Shown: positions 19,401 through 30,263 of the stretch, piece by piece
Layout: the number at the start of each line of letters is the position of its first letter
Numbering within the stretch: position 1 is the first letter of the stretch
IMG/VR virus record: IMGVR_UViG_3300030090_007212
Coordinates: 32,001-96,000 of that record
Source: a virus
Length of the DNA stretch: 64,000 nt
Direction: 5' to 3' (one strand)
The notes under the pieces: model-generated
Database searches by the model: none
What the model saw: only the letters and a program-made list of their open reading frames with translations
Told to the model about the DNA's origin: nothing
Made by a program: the position numbers and the translations under genes

Positions 19401-22400
19401 CTAATTCTTGCCATAATCTATTTTGTGGAGTAACTAATTTAGTAATATCATAGTTATTTGTGGATCCACTATTACATTCCCCATCAGGATAAATAGTAAC
19501 TTCTTCTAACCCTTCGGTTGTATAAACCCAAGATTTTCTATTATCTATTACACAACTTAATTCAGGTATTAAACAATTATTTAATGATAAGTTTCGTTGG
19601 GTATCACAATCGCTTATATCTACTCGTATGTTATCTACTAATAAACATACTGCACATTCATAATTTTCTATTTCTATACCAATTTTAAATCTTTTATCTG
19701 GGTATAATGTCCTTAAATCTTTACACACACAATCAGGTAAATTAAAAGTAAGAGTTGACCAATTAGGGGTAAATAACTCTGTAGAAGGATTATCTCCTTG
19801 TGCAATTATTGAATCTAAAATTCCTTGTTCAACTAATGAGATATCATATTGAGTCCCATCAAAGTAAACACCACTATAAGTTGCGGTTGGATCCCACTCC
19901 CATATAGGGTTTACTACATTGGTATATGGTAAATTAGTTAAACCATTATTATCTACAAATAATTTAAATTTTAATTTAATATCGTCAATATAACTTATAT
20001 AATTTCCTCCTGAACTTATATTAATACTTTGTAAATTACTCTGTATAGAGTTATACCAAGTATCATAACAATTTTGTGCTAAAGTAGTAAGTGCTGCAAT
20101 ATTAGCATTAATACCATTTATTGAGGTATTTACACTATTTAAAGTGGTTAAACAACATTTTTTATTGGTTTGTTGTCTAGTTTCATATTCTTCTTTTCTA
20201 CCAGTATAAACATCTAAATCATTCTCCGCTTCATTAACCTTTTCACTAGTTTGTTTTGCAATTTCTTCTTTTTGGGTTGTTTTTTCATTAAGTTGTGCAA
20301 CTAATTCTTCTTTCTTTCTATTTAATTGGTTGATTTTAGCATCATTTTGTTTATTCTGTATTTCTAAAGATATTTTATCTTGGTCGGTTAATTCTAATCG
20401 CCCACTATCATCCGTAACTTCATTAGGGGTTTTACCTAATAAAGCCGCAGTAGTATCTATAGTATTAACCACATCATTTTTCTGAACCGCAGAACCCTGT
20501 AACTCCTCATTATTAGTTACCACCCCATTAGGTCCATCAGTTAAATTATTTATTTGTTTTTGAGTATTTTGTATTTCTTTTTCGTATAAATCAATTTTAA
20601 CTTGATTATTTTGGTTTTTTGCCTCAATTAATTTTTCATTAAACTCATTATTTTCTCTACATTTATTTAATAGTAAAGAATAAGTTTTTTTATCTTCTTC
20701 AATAGAAGCAGTTTTTTGTTTTACACAATCATTATAGGCAGTATTAAATTCTTCTACCCCACTTTGTCTACGTTGATTAGTTTGTGTTTTACAAAAAGAA
20801 TCAACATCAAAATTGTTTAATTGTTTAAGTGTTTCCTCATAAACACTACAATCAGTAGTTGGAGAGGTTTCAGTTAAAGATTGTTTAATTGCAGAATTAT
20901 CATTTTCTTTAGTTTGTATTTGAGTATCTAAATCATCCACTTTACGATTTAAATCTTCTATCTCTCTATCTATAGTTTCTTCTTCTTTTCTACCCTCTTC
21001 TTTAATAGTTTCTTTATTAGTTTCAGTTTCCACTATTAATTCATCCGTTCCTCTTACTAATCCACCATATCCTTCAGATTGATTTACACAATTTTCTAAT
21101 TCTAATTTAATATGATTAAATTGGTTAAGTAAATTTTGATAATTATAAATTAAATTAGAATATATACCACAATCTACAGATAAAGGTAATGCACACACAT
21201 TCTGAGTAGTTATATAATCACTAGGATCAATAAGTTGACCATTATCATCTACACAACAGTTGATATTAGGGGGCATTGAATATTGAATACATTCTGCTGC
21301 GAATATTGCATTTAACCCTCCCTGAAATTTACTATATTGTTGTTGGTAAAGTTGCATTTCCGGAGTAAACATATTAATGAATTGAGGTGTATTACCATTT
21401 ACTAAATTCATATAATCAATATCCGTTTGGTTTGCCCAGCTATCATTAATTTCATCCCAAAAATCTCCATTTGTTGGGACAATCGTACCTCCCGCAGCAT
21501 TACAACATTCTACATTAGGTTCTTGTTGAGCAACATCACTCTGCCATACTTGTAATTCTTCTGTTCTGTTAGGTTTATCACCATAATTTTGTTCCAGTAA
21601 AGAACTTTCTGTTTGACTATTAGTAAATGTTAGGAAATTTTTACACCAAATACACTCTAAAGTAGCATCATTTATTATTGCTGCTTCACATCCTATATTT
21701 TGGGACGCACATTGTATTAAATTAGCTGCATTATATTTTAACATATAATCAAAAGTAATATCTACCGAACATTCACATTCACTATCGTTAGGTAATTGGA
21801 AACCTAAATCATTTTCACTACCAAATAATACAGTCACATTACTTACTTCTTCACAATTTATCCTATTAGGAACTACTACTGCAGTGGTGGTGGCGTTATT
21901 ATTAGGGTTATAAGGTAAACTACCTTCATTGGCACCTGGTTGGATTCTTACTAATTGACTATTATTAGTATCCACCTTAAATGTATCGTACTCATATCCT
22001 TTTTGTTGCCCTATTAAATTATACAACTCTCCACCTGATTCTTTAGGTGTGTTCCAATCTATAATAATTTTATCTCCTTTATTGTCGGTAGTAGAAAAAG
22101 CAACTCTTCCATAATTATCGATTCTTTCATCTTCCCATTTAGTTGGGTCATTAACATCTGGATCTTCAAATACAGAATAAAACTCTGAATTAACTGTCTT
22201 AGGATTTGCCTTACTATTAGGTTTTACTATACCAGCTCTTTTTACTGCATCTCCTGAAGTAGATATTTTTGCCACTTCCTGAATAGGTGCATTACGATTA
22301 CTATAAGGTATATATTTATCATACCCTTCTTCTAATGAAGGTTTAATTCCTAGTTCTTCACGTAATTGTTCGTTATTCTTTTGATTTTCTAAATTAATAA

Positions 22401-25400
22401 TTTCTTCCTTCTTCTGTAGAATTTCTAATTGTGCTTTTTGATTTTCTTTAGAAGTTAAATCATTATTTTTAGTAGTCTCCTCTAATTCATATAATTCAGT
22501 TTGTTGTGCGGCGATAGCTTCTTCCATTTCTTCTACCCTACTTGGTAACTCTATCAATGATCCACCATCAATTTGTGAATCTACACATACCACATAACTA
22601 ATTTTTTCACCAGTTGCAGTAATTTCCTGCACAATTTTACTTTCATACCCATGCCATGCACAACATTCGGGTCTACTCACTGTAGTAGTATTTTTACAAG
22701 TAGTTCTAGTAAAACATTTAAAAAATTGTTCACTTCCATTATTTTGTTGTGCCCATTCTGCTACTGCCTGTGGATTTGTGTTAACATCTGCACCCACAAC
22801 TCTACTACAATATTCATTATCTTGATATTGGTAACAGCTTCCTCCATCATCACATACTTGATAACAACTATCTTCTACTAAGAATATATTATTAGGCATA
22901 TTATTACCCACCATTTCAAATACTACTGTACCATCTCTTTTAATTTCTATTGGATTACCATCACATGGTGCTTGAACCGCACAATATTCTATAATTTCCC
23001 CTCCTTCATTATAACTAATATATTTACCTTGTTGTCCATCTATTTCTTGAGATTCACAACAACATGCATATCTATCACCACTTAATTTTATCCCTGTCGC
23101 TTCATCAAATAATACTAAAAACCCTTCTTCATAATCTACTCTTATACCATCACAACAATTAATAGGGTCTTCGATTTCATCATCCTCATTACTTATATCT
23201 TCTACTATACAAATTTCTAATGTTTGATTGATATCACAATTTTCCGTAGCAATTTCTCTATTATAGTTATTACTTGCTTGTATATAATTGTTTTTAACCT
23301 TAATAAATTCAGGAGAGTATTGTAAATAAGGTTGAACCTTAATCAATTCTAAAAATGCATTATATTCATCTTCCGCAATATCTCTAATTTCCTCTAATGT
23401 AGATTTACCATTATTTTGTACTGGGGTTTCTATAATATTATATGTTATATCTAAACAATCATCTATATTCTGATATTGATTAGTGTTAACGTTATAGGTA
23501 ACCTCTTCAGTAAAAATAGAAGCGTCATTGGCAACCCCATTAAAAATACCATAATTATAATTTATAAAATGATTTACTTTAGAAATTGTTTCAGTAATTG
23601 CAAAAGTAGTTTCCCCCGTAAAGTTAGGGATATAACATTGCATAAAATAATTCAAATATTCATTACCACCATCATATTTACCCACATGTGGATTATTACC
23701 TCTTAAATTAGTTACTCCCGCATTTGGACCAAAAGTTTCTTTATACCATCCTCCTGCTTTTTGGAAATACATTTCTGTATAAGGGTTTTCTACAATACCT
23801 GGCAATTGGTTTCCTGTCAATGTAGTACCTGTTTCTAATCCCGCAATAAAATCCACTATTACTAAATCACCATTAACTGGAGGTAAAGGAAAACCATCAT
23901 CATCATAAGGTATGTGAGTAGTATCTACTTTACCAGTATAAAGAAGAAGTAATTGTTTAATTTTATCCATATCTAATGGTTTATCAACAATTACAATATA
24001 TTCGTTGAAGTTAACTAATGCTTCAGGTGCACCTATAAACCTAAATAAAAATTCTACTGCTTTTCTACTACCTTTACTCTTCCATAACCACGCAATATTA
24101 AGGATTAATCTTCTATATAATTCCGTATCGACCTCACTATTTGACATTGATGCGGATGCACCACTAAAACTTCCTAACCCAGGAACCGGAACAACTGCCC
24201 CACCTAATGTGTTGGAGGTTACAAACGTTACGGGATCCAATCCTAACATACTAACTAAATCCTTAACTAAGGCATCTGGTACATTATTCTTTTTATCGTA
24301 AGTTACTACATGGGCAAATTTAATCCCATTTATATATTTTTTGATCTCATCAAAACTAACCCCATAAATTCTTAATAACTTAGTTGCTTTTTCACCATCT
24401 AACACTAAATTATTACCATCCCCTCTTGGTACTGTATCAAAACTACTTATGACTTCCGCAGTATATTTTCTAATAATTAAGTCAGTATTGTTTTCATCAT
24501 AATTTTCACCTACTTGTGAAAGAGTATCCAAATATGAAAGATAATAACTATCAAAGAAATTAAGGTTATAACCATCATCTAATATAGGAAAAGTTAATAC
24601 ATCCTTAGTTGTCACTATTACCCCTTCATCTGTAATTTTAGGGGATATTATAATACTAGTATAGATAGGGTAGGTATTTCTATCTAATAAATTCTGTTGT
24701 AAATCATTTAAAGAAGTAAAAAAACTTTCTATTTCTATCTCATTAGGTTTAATAAAAAATGGTATAGAACCTACAAATGGAGTTACTAATGGTGTAAATT
24801 GTGGTATAATAATTCCTGTTAACTCAGGAAAAGGATTTCCTTCTACTACTAAATCAATAGTTGAATTGGTAGTCTGAGTGGCAGGTGTTATATCTTTTAT
24901 TTTTTTAATTATACCATTATGTTCAATAACATAAGATTTATAATTAACTGTGAAATTACGTAAAGGATTTTCTTCTTCTTCCGTACCAGTAATTCCTTCA
25001 TCTAATGTATATTTTATTGAGTAGGGATTACTAAAATAACTTGTACTGATAGTAAATGTAGATTCATCATTAGTAATATCATACACATAGTTAGTTATAT
25101 TATTTCCTGTAATAGATCCTACTTTATTATCCACATAAATGGCGGCTGGCCAATTTTCTTGTATTTCTTCTAAGGAAGCCCTAATTAATTCAGACGCTGA
25201 CCCATACCATATATAACTTAATGGGTTAGTTAAATCTAAATTAAGACTTGTTTTTATATTTTTTTCTATAACTAACTCTTGATCATTAGAAACTACATCA
25301 TCTAATGTATAAAGAGGAGATTGTGTTCCTTGACGAAAAACAACATCAGGTTTAGGGTCTAAATTTGTATCAATAGAAAAATTACCGTTGGTAAATAAAG

Positions 25401-25533
25401 GCGTTCCTCCCTCACTAGTTAGTTGAAAACCTACTAAATCTGGACTAAAATCTCTATATTCAATATTATCATTGAAAAAGACTCTTTTAGCGTATCCCGC
25501 AATTTTAATTCTATCCTTTTTATTATTCGCCAT
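16495..25533 (-). CDS. Giant 3012-aa baseplate wedge/fibre-like protein (Cys-rich, coiled coils, PA14-like segment)
   Basis: YRRLILNIAWLWKSKGSRKAVEFLFRFIG resembles the P2 gpI/T4 gp7 wedge motif; located in the baseplate gene block. Confidence 0.65.
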   Translation of the reverse strand: MANNKKDRIKIAGYAKRVFFNDNIEYRDFSPDLVGFQLTSEGGTPLFTNGNFSIDTNLDPKPDVVFRQGTQSPLYTLDDVVSNDQELVIEKNIKTSLNLDLTNPLSYIWYGSASELIRASLEEIQENWPAAIYVDNKVGSITGNNITNYVYDITNDESTFTISTSYFSNPYSIKYTLDEGITGTEEEENPLRNFTVNYKSYVIEHNGIIKKIKDITPATQTTNSTIDLVVEGNPFPELTGIIIPQFTPLVTPFVGSIPFFIKPNEIEIESFFTSLNDLQQNLLDRNTYPIYTSIIISPKITDEGVIVTTKDVLTFPILDDGYNLNFFDSYYLSYLDTLSQVGENYDENNTDLIIRKYTAEVISSFDTVPRGDGNNLVLDGEKATKLLRIYGVSFDEIKKYINGIKFAHVVTYDKKNNVPDALVKDLVSMLGLDPVTFVTSNTLGGAVVPVPGLGSFSGASASMSNSEVDTELYRRLILNIAWLWKSKGSRKAVEFLFRFIGAPEALVNFNEYIVIVDKPLDMDKIKQLLLLYTGKVDTTHIPYDDDGFPLPPVNGDLVIVDFIAGLETGTTLTGNQLPGIVENPYTEMYFQKAGGWYKETFGPNAGVTNLRGNNPHVGKYDGGNEYLNYFMQCYIPNFTGETTFAITETISKVNHFINYNYGIFNGVANDASIFTEEVTYNVNTNQYQNIDDCLDITYNIIETPVQNNGKSTLEEIRDIAEDEYNAFLELIKVQPYLQYSPEFIKVKNNYIQASNNYNREIATENCDINQTLEICIVEDISNEDDEIEDPINCCDGIRVDYEEGFLVLFDEATGIKLSGDRYACCCESQEIDGQQGKYISYNEGGEIIEYCAVQAPCDGNPIEIKRDGTVVFEMVGNNMPNNIFLVEDSCYQVCDDGGSCYQYQDNEYCSRVVGADVNTNPQAVAEWAQQNNGSEQFFKCFTRTTCKNTTTVSRPECCAWHGYESKIVQEITATGEKISYVVCVDSQIDGGSLIELPSRVEEMEEAIAAQQTELYELEETTKNNDLTSKENQKAQLEILQKKEEIINLENQKNNEQLREELGIKPSLEEGYDKYIPYSNRNAPIQEVAKISTSGDAVKRAGIVKPNSKANPKTVNSEFYSVFEDPDVNDPTKWEDERIDNYGRVAFSTTDNKGDKIIIDWNTPKESGGELYNLIGQQKGYEYDTFKVDTNNSQLVRIQPGANEGSLPYNPNNNATTTAVVVPNRINCEEVSNVTVLFGSENDLGFQLPNDSECECSVDITFDYMLKYNAANLIQCASQNIGCEAAIINDATLECIWCKNFLTFTNSQTESSLLEQNYGDKPNRTEELQVWQSDVAQQEPNVECCNAAGGTIVPTNGDFWDEINDSWANQTDIDYMNLVNGNTPQFINMFTPEMQLYQQQYSKFQGGLNAIFAAECIQYSMPPNINCCVDDNGQLIDPSDYITTQNVCALPLSVDCGIYSNLIYNYQNLLNQFNHIKLELENCVNQSEGYGGLVRGTDELIVETETNKETIKEEGRKEEETIDREIEDLNRKVDDLDTQIQTKENDNSAIKQSLTETSPTTDCSVYEETLKQLNNFDVDSFCKTQTNQRRQSGVEEFNTAYNDCVKQKTASIEEDKKTYSLLLNKCRENNEFNEKLIEAKNQNNQVKIDLYEKEIQNTQKQINNLTDGPNGVVTNNEELQGSAVQKNDVVNTIDTTAALLGKTPNEVTDDSGRLELTDQDKISLEIQNKQNDAKINQLNRKKEELVAQLNEKTTQKEEIAKQTSEKVNEAENDLDVYTGRKEEYETRQQTNKKCCLTTLNSVNTSINGINANIAALTTLAQNCYDTWYNSIQSNLQSINISSGGNYISYIDDIKLKFKLFVDNNGLTNLPYTNVVNPIWEWDPTATYSGVYFDGTQYDISLVEQGILDSIIAQGDNPSTELFTPNWSTLTFNLPDCVCKDLRTLYPDKRFKIGIEIENYECAVCLLVDNIRVDISDCDTQRNLSLNNCLIPELSCVIDNRKSWVYTTEGLEEVTIYPDGECNSGSTNNYDITKLVTPQNRLWQELEYRYTEYDLHHSDLLMNTKSATFSIDPANAIECDVYNFWKNINCDECPTSCDSGDTIVFEGELLSGGTLVDYSLPLSGTTPAGLTFSCDTYTTILQQQVTELKNDYYSLTANYSESINASYSDLLNKGGSLSGFEIEENNCGSSNLIIGDNNQLDNLFGVITENEDGTISFWETYLYDTTTPYTGGVNEEIFSGITAQTFNQTTSFDSECCQTLNNLITANGINGLGVNKEYVWNNSVSACTWMEINNCEGDCEYSGVKNLQQTIPGGECYTATTQFNVVVTGTSTGYTAGYCVAPLSLTPAEDGCELIETTGATLNVTNVTAYTGSKQVGYSVNGTRWYSLDLNTADLPYNLQGSSTQLLNNSGVPVPVEANVNSVNSPLNTLWVSQSSTLNGRLNNCSIWGTLGAPNPNPPIGSWIGFSYCIQINDPGTYTIGIGADNRSRFYLNGDLLFTSTGLSGNDNSDLSVWKVFEIDLPSGEHVIAMEGRNDGDEAGFGAEIYSATTNQLTGMTTTVELDAVTLFSTKDYRSDVVGATYLFEFGTSGGSPIGYSCPAGYTFTNGTCYGSPTCVKITTSGLSYDITATTTSSTVTVTGTTTICEDICVVTGTTNVCINPLDYLEVAPSEIKVKEVFDDMVLSNLIDAKSRQVISNYPLLQLFYQLYLNASNCGVGLGGNLTYNSLFQFMDKIGDYWLDLLEQVVPATTIWEGCDNSGKIYRNTIFDQNKYAYRKYTLNFNDSVECPLSGITSSDIGSETVDVQVIQQSLYPENATIKDIIKELTKLQNEIYQVEKLIDVLKDRLCACEHLDPDPNDPQDFGAREECIESVSEQLKQQIESLEAMKEEYNKLNSELNELQAASKEQEETFDGLFTKCTQIGDTLTKAEKDLDDQYVRGTLEYERQRNYIAGLKDSYEKCKRKSRTQYSNYDTVFITHINNSNEFEGSVTVIGDPEWEPGGYFYNSELIHDCNV

Positions 25534-25541
25534 TCAATATG

Positions 25542-26432
25542 TTAAAAATTAGTTATGTCATCAAAATCTTTAGTTGGGTCAATGATAGATTTTTGCTCTC
25601 TAACTTCATAAAGAGGTTTACCTGTAAATTGATCTTTAACCTCAAATATGTTATATTGCTTATAAATTTCATTACCAAAATTATATATTGTATAAACACC
25701 ATCTTCCAATGATTTAGTTTGATTGGAGTATAAGGCATATGCTAATGTTTCATCATCATATTCTACCATTTCTACTTCCAACATCACTGGATCAAAATAA
25801 GTGTTAGTTATAATAACATCTTGTAAAGGATTACCTATAAAAGGAACCGCATTAGGTTTAACAAATGGTGCAGAAGATGGTGTTAATGTACAAAACGTAG
25901 TAGTTGTGTTATCATTAAATGACCATGCTTGTGTTGCATTGTTATTACCTGCGGGTTGTGAAATAGGTAATGCCCTATTATTGGATGTTATAATTCTATA
26001 TAAATTTGGTATTTTACTACCATCAGTTTCCAAATATTCTACTCTGTATCCTACTAAACTTCCATTTTCAAATTTATTTTGATCAGTGGAAGGGACTTGA
26101 CTTATATCAAAAACTAATCCTTTAACATCTGGCATATCTACTAAAACACCACAATCTACTATTGTTGTTCTAATTTGTTTGGGTCGGATTATTATACTAT
26201 AATACCCTTTATTACCAAATTGAGCGGTAGGTAATTTTAAAGTATACATCCCACCTAATACTTCTGTTGTACTATTAGGGTCATTAGCAGGTAATAATAC
26301 TTGTGTTGGGTCTAAAAACTCCAATTCCACAGTATTTAAAGTTTCCCTACTAGGGCTATATGCGTATAAAATTTCTACGTCATCTACTGAAACATCTGCC
26401 GGTCTTACCGTACCATAATTACCTGTTGCCAT
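25542..26432 (-). CDS. Hypothetical (probable structural) protein
   Basis: Long ORF tightly packed in the structural operon. Confidence 0.6.
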   Translation of the reverse strand: MATGNYGTVRPADVSVDDVEILYAYSPSRETLNTVELEFLDPTQVLLPANDPNSTTEVLGGMYTLKLPTAQFGNKGYYSIIIRPKQIRTTIVDCGVLVDMPDVKGLVFDISQVPSTDQNKFENGSLVGYRVEYLETDGSKIPNLYRIITSNNRALPISQPAGNNNATQAWSFNDNTTTTFCTLTPSSAPFVKPNAVPFIGNPLQDVIITNTYFDPVMLEVEMVEYDDETLAYALYSNQTKSLEDGVYTIYNFGNEIYKQYNIFEVKDQFTGKPLYEVREQKSIIDPTKDFDDITNF

Positions 26433-26452
26433 ATCTTTCTATTTTAATCATT

Positions 26453-27328
26453 TTATTCACTAACTAAATAACCTCCCCTAAAATTATCTAAGTCATCTGT
26501 TGTTTTTATTTCTGAGAGTATTGCATTTCTTTCAAAGATATCTGCGACACCCCTATTTATAAATACATCGTCACTAATTTCCGGTGGGAAAACTATACCT
26601 AAAAATTCTTCTTCTTTTACATTAGCATATAAATCTATATTTGAAGAATTCCATCCACCGTCTACTGCTTTGAATGTTGTTTTATTCCAAGTTACGTCTT
26701 CACCTACAATATTAGTAGATTTAACAAACTCTTGATGGTAAGTAGTAAACTCTACTCCCGTAGTACCGATATTATTAATATCTGCACCTAACTTATATTT
26801 TACTCTTTGATTATTATTATCTGTTACCCCATCAAATTGACCATCTTCTTTTGATACATTTAAAAATGGTTGGTATATGGGTAACCCATTACTATCTACC
26901 CTTAATGATTTAACATAATTTAAATGGGAATCATCGGTTTCCCCAGTTACACTAATAGGTGGTGTATAATAAAAATCTACTGGTCCACCCGCAATTCTAC
27001 CATCTAAAAATGGATTAAAATTATTAGGGGGTTGTGATAAAGGTGGTTGTTTAGGGATAAAATCCATATCCGTAAAAATACCCATATCATCATACTCTTG
27101 TGTTATAAAAATATTAATATCTATAGTATTGGGTATTTTTTCCCCTGCACTATCTAATATAAAAAAACCTTCTTTGTCTATTTTATATTCAGGTATTTGA
27201 CCATAATAATAATTCGGACTACTAGTATTAACGACAGTATCTCCTGACGCATTTACTGTTATTAATCTTTTTGGGATGTTTCTAACAGTATAATTTTCTA
27301 AATTTCTTTTTATTTTTAAGTAGTCCAT
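26453..27328 (-). CDS. Hypothetical (probable structural) protein
   Basis: Long ORF; late motif at 27337-27346 upstream. Confidence 0.6.
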   Translation of the reverse strand: MDYLKIKRNLENYTVRNIPKRLITVNASGDTVVNTSSPNYYYGQIPEYKIDKEGFFILDSAGEKIPNTIDINIFITQEYDDMGIFTDMDFIPKQPPLSQPPNNFNPFLDGRIAGGPVDFYYTPPISVTGETDDSHLNYVKSLRVDSNGLPIYQPFLNVSKEDGQFDGVTDNNNQRVKYKLGADINNIGTTGVEFTTYHQEFVKSTNIVGEDVTWNKTTFKAVDGGWNSSNIDLYANVKEEEFLGIVFPPEISDDVFINRGVADIFERNAILSEIKTTDDLDNFRGGYLVSE

Positions 27329-27345
27329 CTCTTTCCTATAAATAT

Positions 27346-28251
27346 TTAAACATTAATTTGCCAAAACGTAAGAGAAGATGGTCCCGGAACAGTTGGGTTT
27401 AAGTTTACCCCTCCCGTACCATTACTACTTAATTGTTGGTTATTTCCCACAAATCTATATTTATACACTCCGTTATCATTTTTTAAAATTACTTTTAAAT
27501 GTAATTTACCTTCTTCCCCATTTAAATCTCCTATTTGAACATTAAATGGGTTTAATGTTTTGGAAGGCGCCATTAATATAGATTTACCGGTAGACGCATT
27601 ATTAAATATTAATGTCATATACATTTCATATTCTTTGTTAGGTGCATTATCTACCAAATCTGGATACCAATAAATGTGATATCCTTCGTGAGACATTTCA
27701 GGTTGTAAAAGAGGATCCGCAGTCCTTATACTAATAGGTGATTGATCGGGAGGTAAGGGTAAACCATTGGGTGTCTGTTGATCCTTACCAATTTGTGTGT
27801 AGATATCACTAAAAAATAATAATCTATTGTCTCCACTATTGGGGTTATCATAAAATAATAACCTCATAAAACTAAAGATAAATCTATTTGCTCTACAGAA
27901 TAAATCATCATATATAAACCCAATTTCACTATAAACCCCCGCACCATTTGACCCATTGGATGCATTGTGATAAACTGGTGACCCATTTTGTATACTAGTG
28001 GGTGTGAAGAAATTTAGATTTATTTTAAACTCCTCAATAATATTCCATGAATCATCCGCTGGTCGAAAAATAATTTTTTTATTGTCTACTATTTGATTAA
28101 TAACCTTTTCTTTTTCTTGTTCAACGAATTGGTGGGTGATCAATTCAGAATTATCAACCGGGAAAAAGTTGGTAGATAAAGGGATATCTATAGTAGTGCC
28201 TGACGCACCTAACTTACTTACTAATATTTTTTTACTATTAACAGTTTTCAT
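27346..28251 (-). CDS. Hypothetical (probable structural) protein
   Basis: Long ORF overlapping the upstream gene end. Confidence 0.6.
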   Translation of the reverse strand: MKTVNSKKILVSKLGASGTTIDIPLSTNFFPVDNSELITHQFVEQEKEKVINQIVDNKKIIFRPADDSWNIIEEFKINLNFFTPTSIQNGSPVYHNASNGSNGAGVYSEIGFIYDDLFCRANRFIFSFMRLLFYDNPNSGDNRLLFFSDIYTQIGKDQQTPNGLPLPPDQSPISIRTADPLLQPEMSHEGYHIYWYPDLVDNAPNKEYEMYMTLIFNNASTGKSILMAPSKTLNPFNVQIGDLNGEEGKLHLKVILKNDNGVYKYRFVGNNQQLSSNGTGGVNLNPTVPGPSSLTFWQINV

Positions 28252-30247
28252 CTATATCGGTTATATCTAAAACATTATAATCTACACAAGCACCAGCTAC
28301 ATCTCTTACCCCTAATTCATATACACCAAAGAAACTAAAAAATCTTACATCTAATTTTATAGGGTTTGCAGGGTTATTATAATCTAATAAACTAGCAATC
28401 CCATTTTGTGTAATACTTGAACTCTGTCCCCCTTTAAAATCATCAATATTTAGAATATCATACTTATAAAAAGTAGGTCTGTTTATCATATCTTCAAATT
28501 TATCTTTATCTTGGGGTATAAGTATTTCTTCCGCAGTTAAATAAAAATTACAAGGAGGATCTTGTCTTTGTAAATAGAATCTATTATTAAGATACATATA
28601 ATGAGCACCACTTTCAAAAGGATAATCTACACCACTTCCCATACCATCAATTTCACCAATACCTAATAAATCTCTCCATCTATACACATTAGGGGAAATT
28701 TGGGTTGCATAATCAGGCACTTTGTAATCTTGTTTTAACTTTTCTTGTTCTTGTGGGGAAGTGATATTATATTTATCAAATACTGTTTGTAAATCCACTG
28801 TTGGGTGAATAAAACTACTAAATTCTCTAATTTTAATTCTACTATGTGGTTGATATATGTATCCTTCTCTTTTACTAGGTACTGGAACATTACTATTTTT
28901 AGTGATGGATTCTAAATTTTCTCTATATATTGTATTAAGTCTGTGATATATATTCTCTAATGATCTTTCTAAAAGTTCATATTCGTTATATTCTACAATA
29001 TCTCCATGAAAATCTTCATCTGATTCATCTATATTAGTAAACCAAGAGTTAGTTGCATAGGTAGGATCACCAAATGCCCTAATATTATAATTGACTAAAG
29101 CATTATTTTCTGTTACATAACCCCCCACTATTCGTGTCCAAAACCTATCTTTTATATTGGCTGGTAGTTGAGATTGTTGATTATGCCAATATCTATTATA
29201 AACACTATTAGGTTGTGAATCATTGTCATTTTTAACAATCGTTAAAAATAATTCACTCAATGGTCTTCCTAAATTATCTTTTAACCCTTCAACATCTATA
29301 TCTTTAATAAAATTAAAAGACGCAACACCATCTTCATAATAATTAACACCAAATGCTGCAGGAAATAAATCATAATCAGTATATCCCGTAGTTAAAGATT
29401 TTAATATTCTTACATAATAAGAAGATTCATAATTATTTTTTATTCTTTTTATAGTTGATACTCCCGCTTGAAAATCAATATCTAAAGGATCAATATCCAT
29501 TACGAAAATTCTTTCAGTATTTTTACCTTCATTATCACCTAACTTAAATACTGCCTTCGATCTTTGAGAAAGTGCTAAATCTCCACTTAAATCTTGAAAA
29601 TTATAAAGATTTATTAAATCTCTAGGTTGTAAACCATGATTAATAGGTGTTTTAAATGCCACATAATCTCTACCATGTAATGAAACAACCATTTTTTCTA
29701 TGATAGGTAAACCATCTTTTAGGGAGATATTAAATTCATTTTGAACTAAAGTTATGTCGGTTTGTGCGTAAGGATAAGTAATTTTCATCAAATAATTTGA
29801 CGACCCATCACTATCTAATATACTCAATCGTTTATATCCTGGATCAAATGGAAAAAATTCACATAGAGAACTTTCATTATCACCTATTAATTCTAATTCT
29901 TCGTTAGTTTCATCATTAAAGTATCCTATCCACCCATCTTTTTCATAAATGTCACTACTAGATATCTTTTTAGACTCTACGGCTCCCGTATTAGAATTTT
30001 CATAAATTTTAATATTATCATTATAAATTGGATTGGATACTACTCCATTCAAAATTCCATAAAACCTATATATGCTACTTTCTTTTCTCTCTTCTTCAAA
30101 GACTTCGTAAGCATTTATATTAGTGTCAATATCATTAACAGGAATAGGTTTATTAGTATTTTCCATAGAAATGTTAAATTGTGTATTAACATTTACGGAA
30201 TCTACTGTCCTAGTTTTATTTAATAATATTTTAGTATTTTTCTCCAT
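28238..30247 (-). CDS. Hypothetical (probable structural/baseplate) protein
   Basis: 669-aa ORF; late motif at 30252-30261 upstream. Confidence 0.6.
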   Translation of the reverse strand: MEKNTKILLNKTRTVDSVNVNTQFNISMENTNKPIPVNDIDTNINAYEVFEEERKESSIYRFYGILNGVVSNPIYNDNIKIYENSNTGAVESKKISSSDIYEKDGWIGYFNDETNEELELIGDNESSLCEFFPFDPGYKRLSILDSDGSSNYLMKITYPYAQTDITLVQNEFNISLKDGLPIIEKMVVSLHGRDYVAFKTPINHGLQPRDLINLYNFQDLSGDLALSQRSKAVFKLGDNEGKNTERIFVMDIDPLDIDFQAGVSTIKRIKNNYESSYYVRILKSLTTGYTDYDLFPAAFGVNYYEDGVASFNFIKDIDVEGLKDNLGRPLSELFLTIVKNDNDSQPNSVYNRYWHNQQSQLPANIKDRFWTRIVGGYVTENNALVNYNIRAFGDPTYATNSWFTNIDESDEDFHGDIVEYNEYELLERSLENIYHRLNTIYRENLESITKNSNVPVPSKREGYIYQPHSRIKIREFSSFIHPTVDLQTVFDKYNITSPQEQEKLKQDYKVPDYATQISPNVYRWRDLLGIGEIDGMGSGVDYPFESGAHYMYLNNRFYLQRQDPPCNFYLTAEEILIPQDKDKFEDMINRPTFYKYDILNIDDFKGGQSSSITQNGIASLLDYNNPANPIKLDVRFFSFFGVYELGVRDVAGACVDYNVLDITDIDENC

Positions 30248-30263
30248 TTATAATAAATATTTT

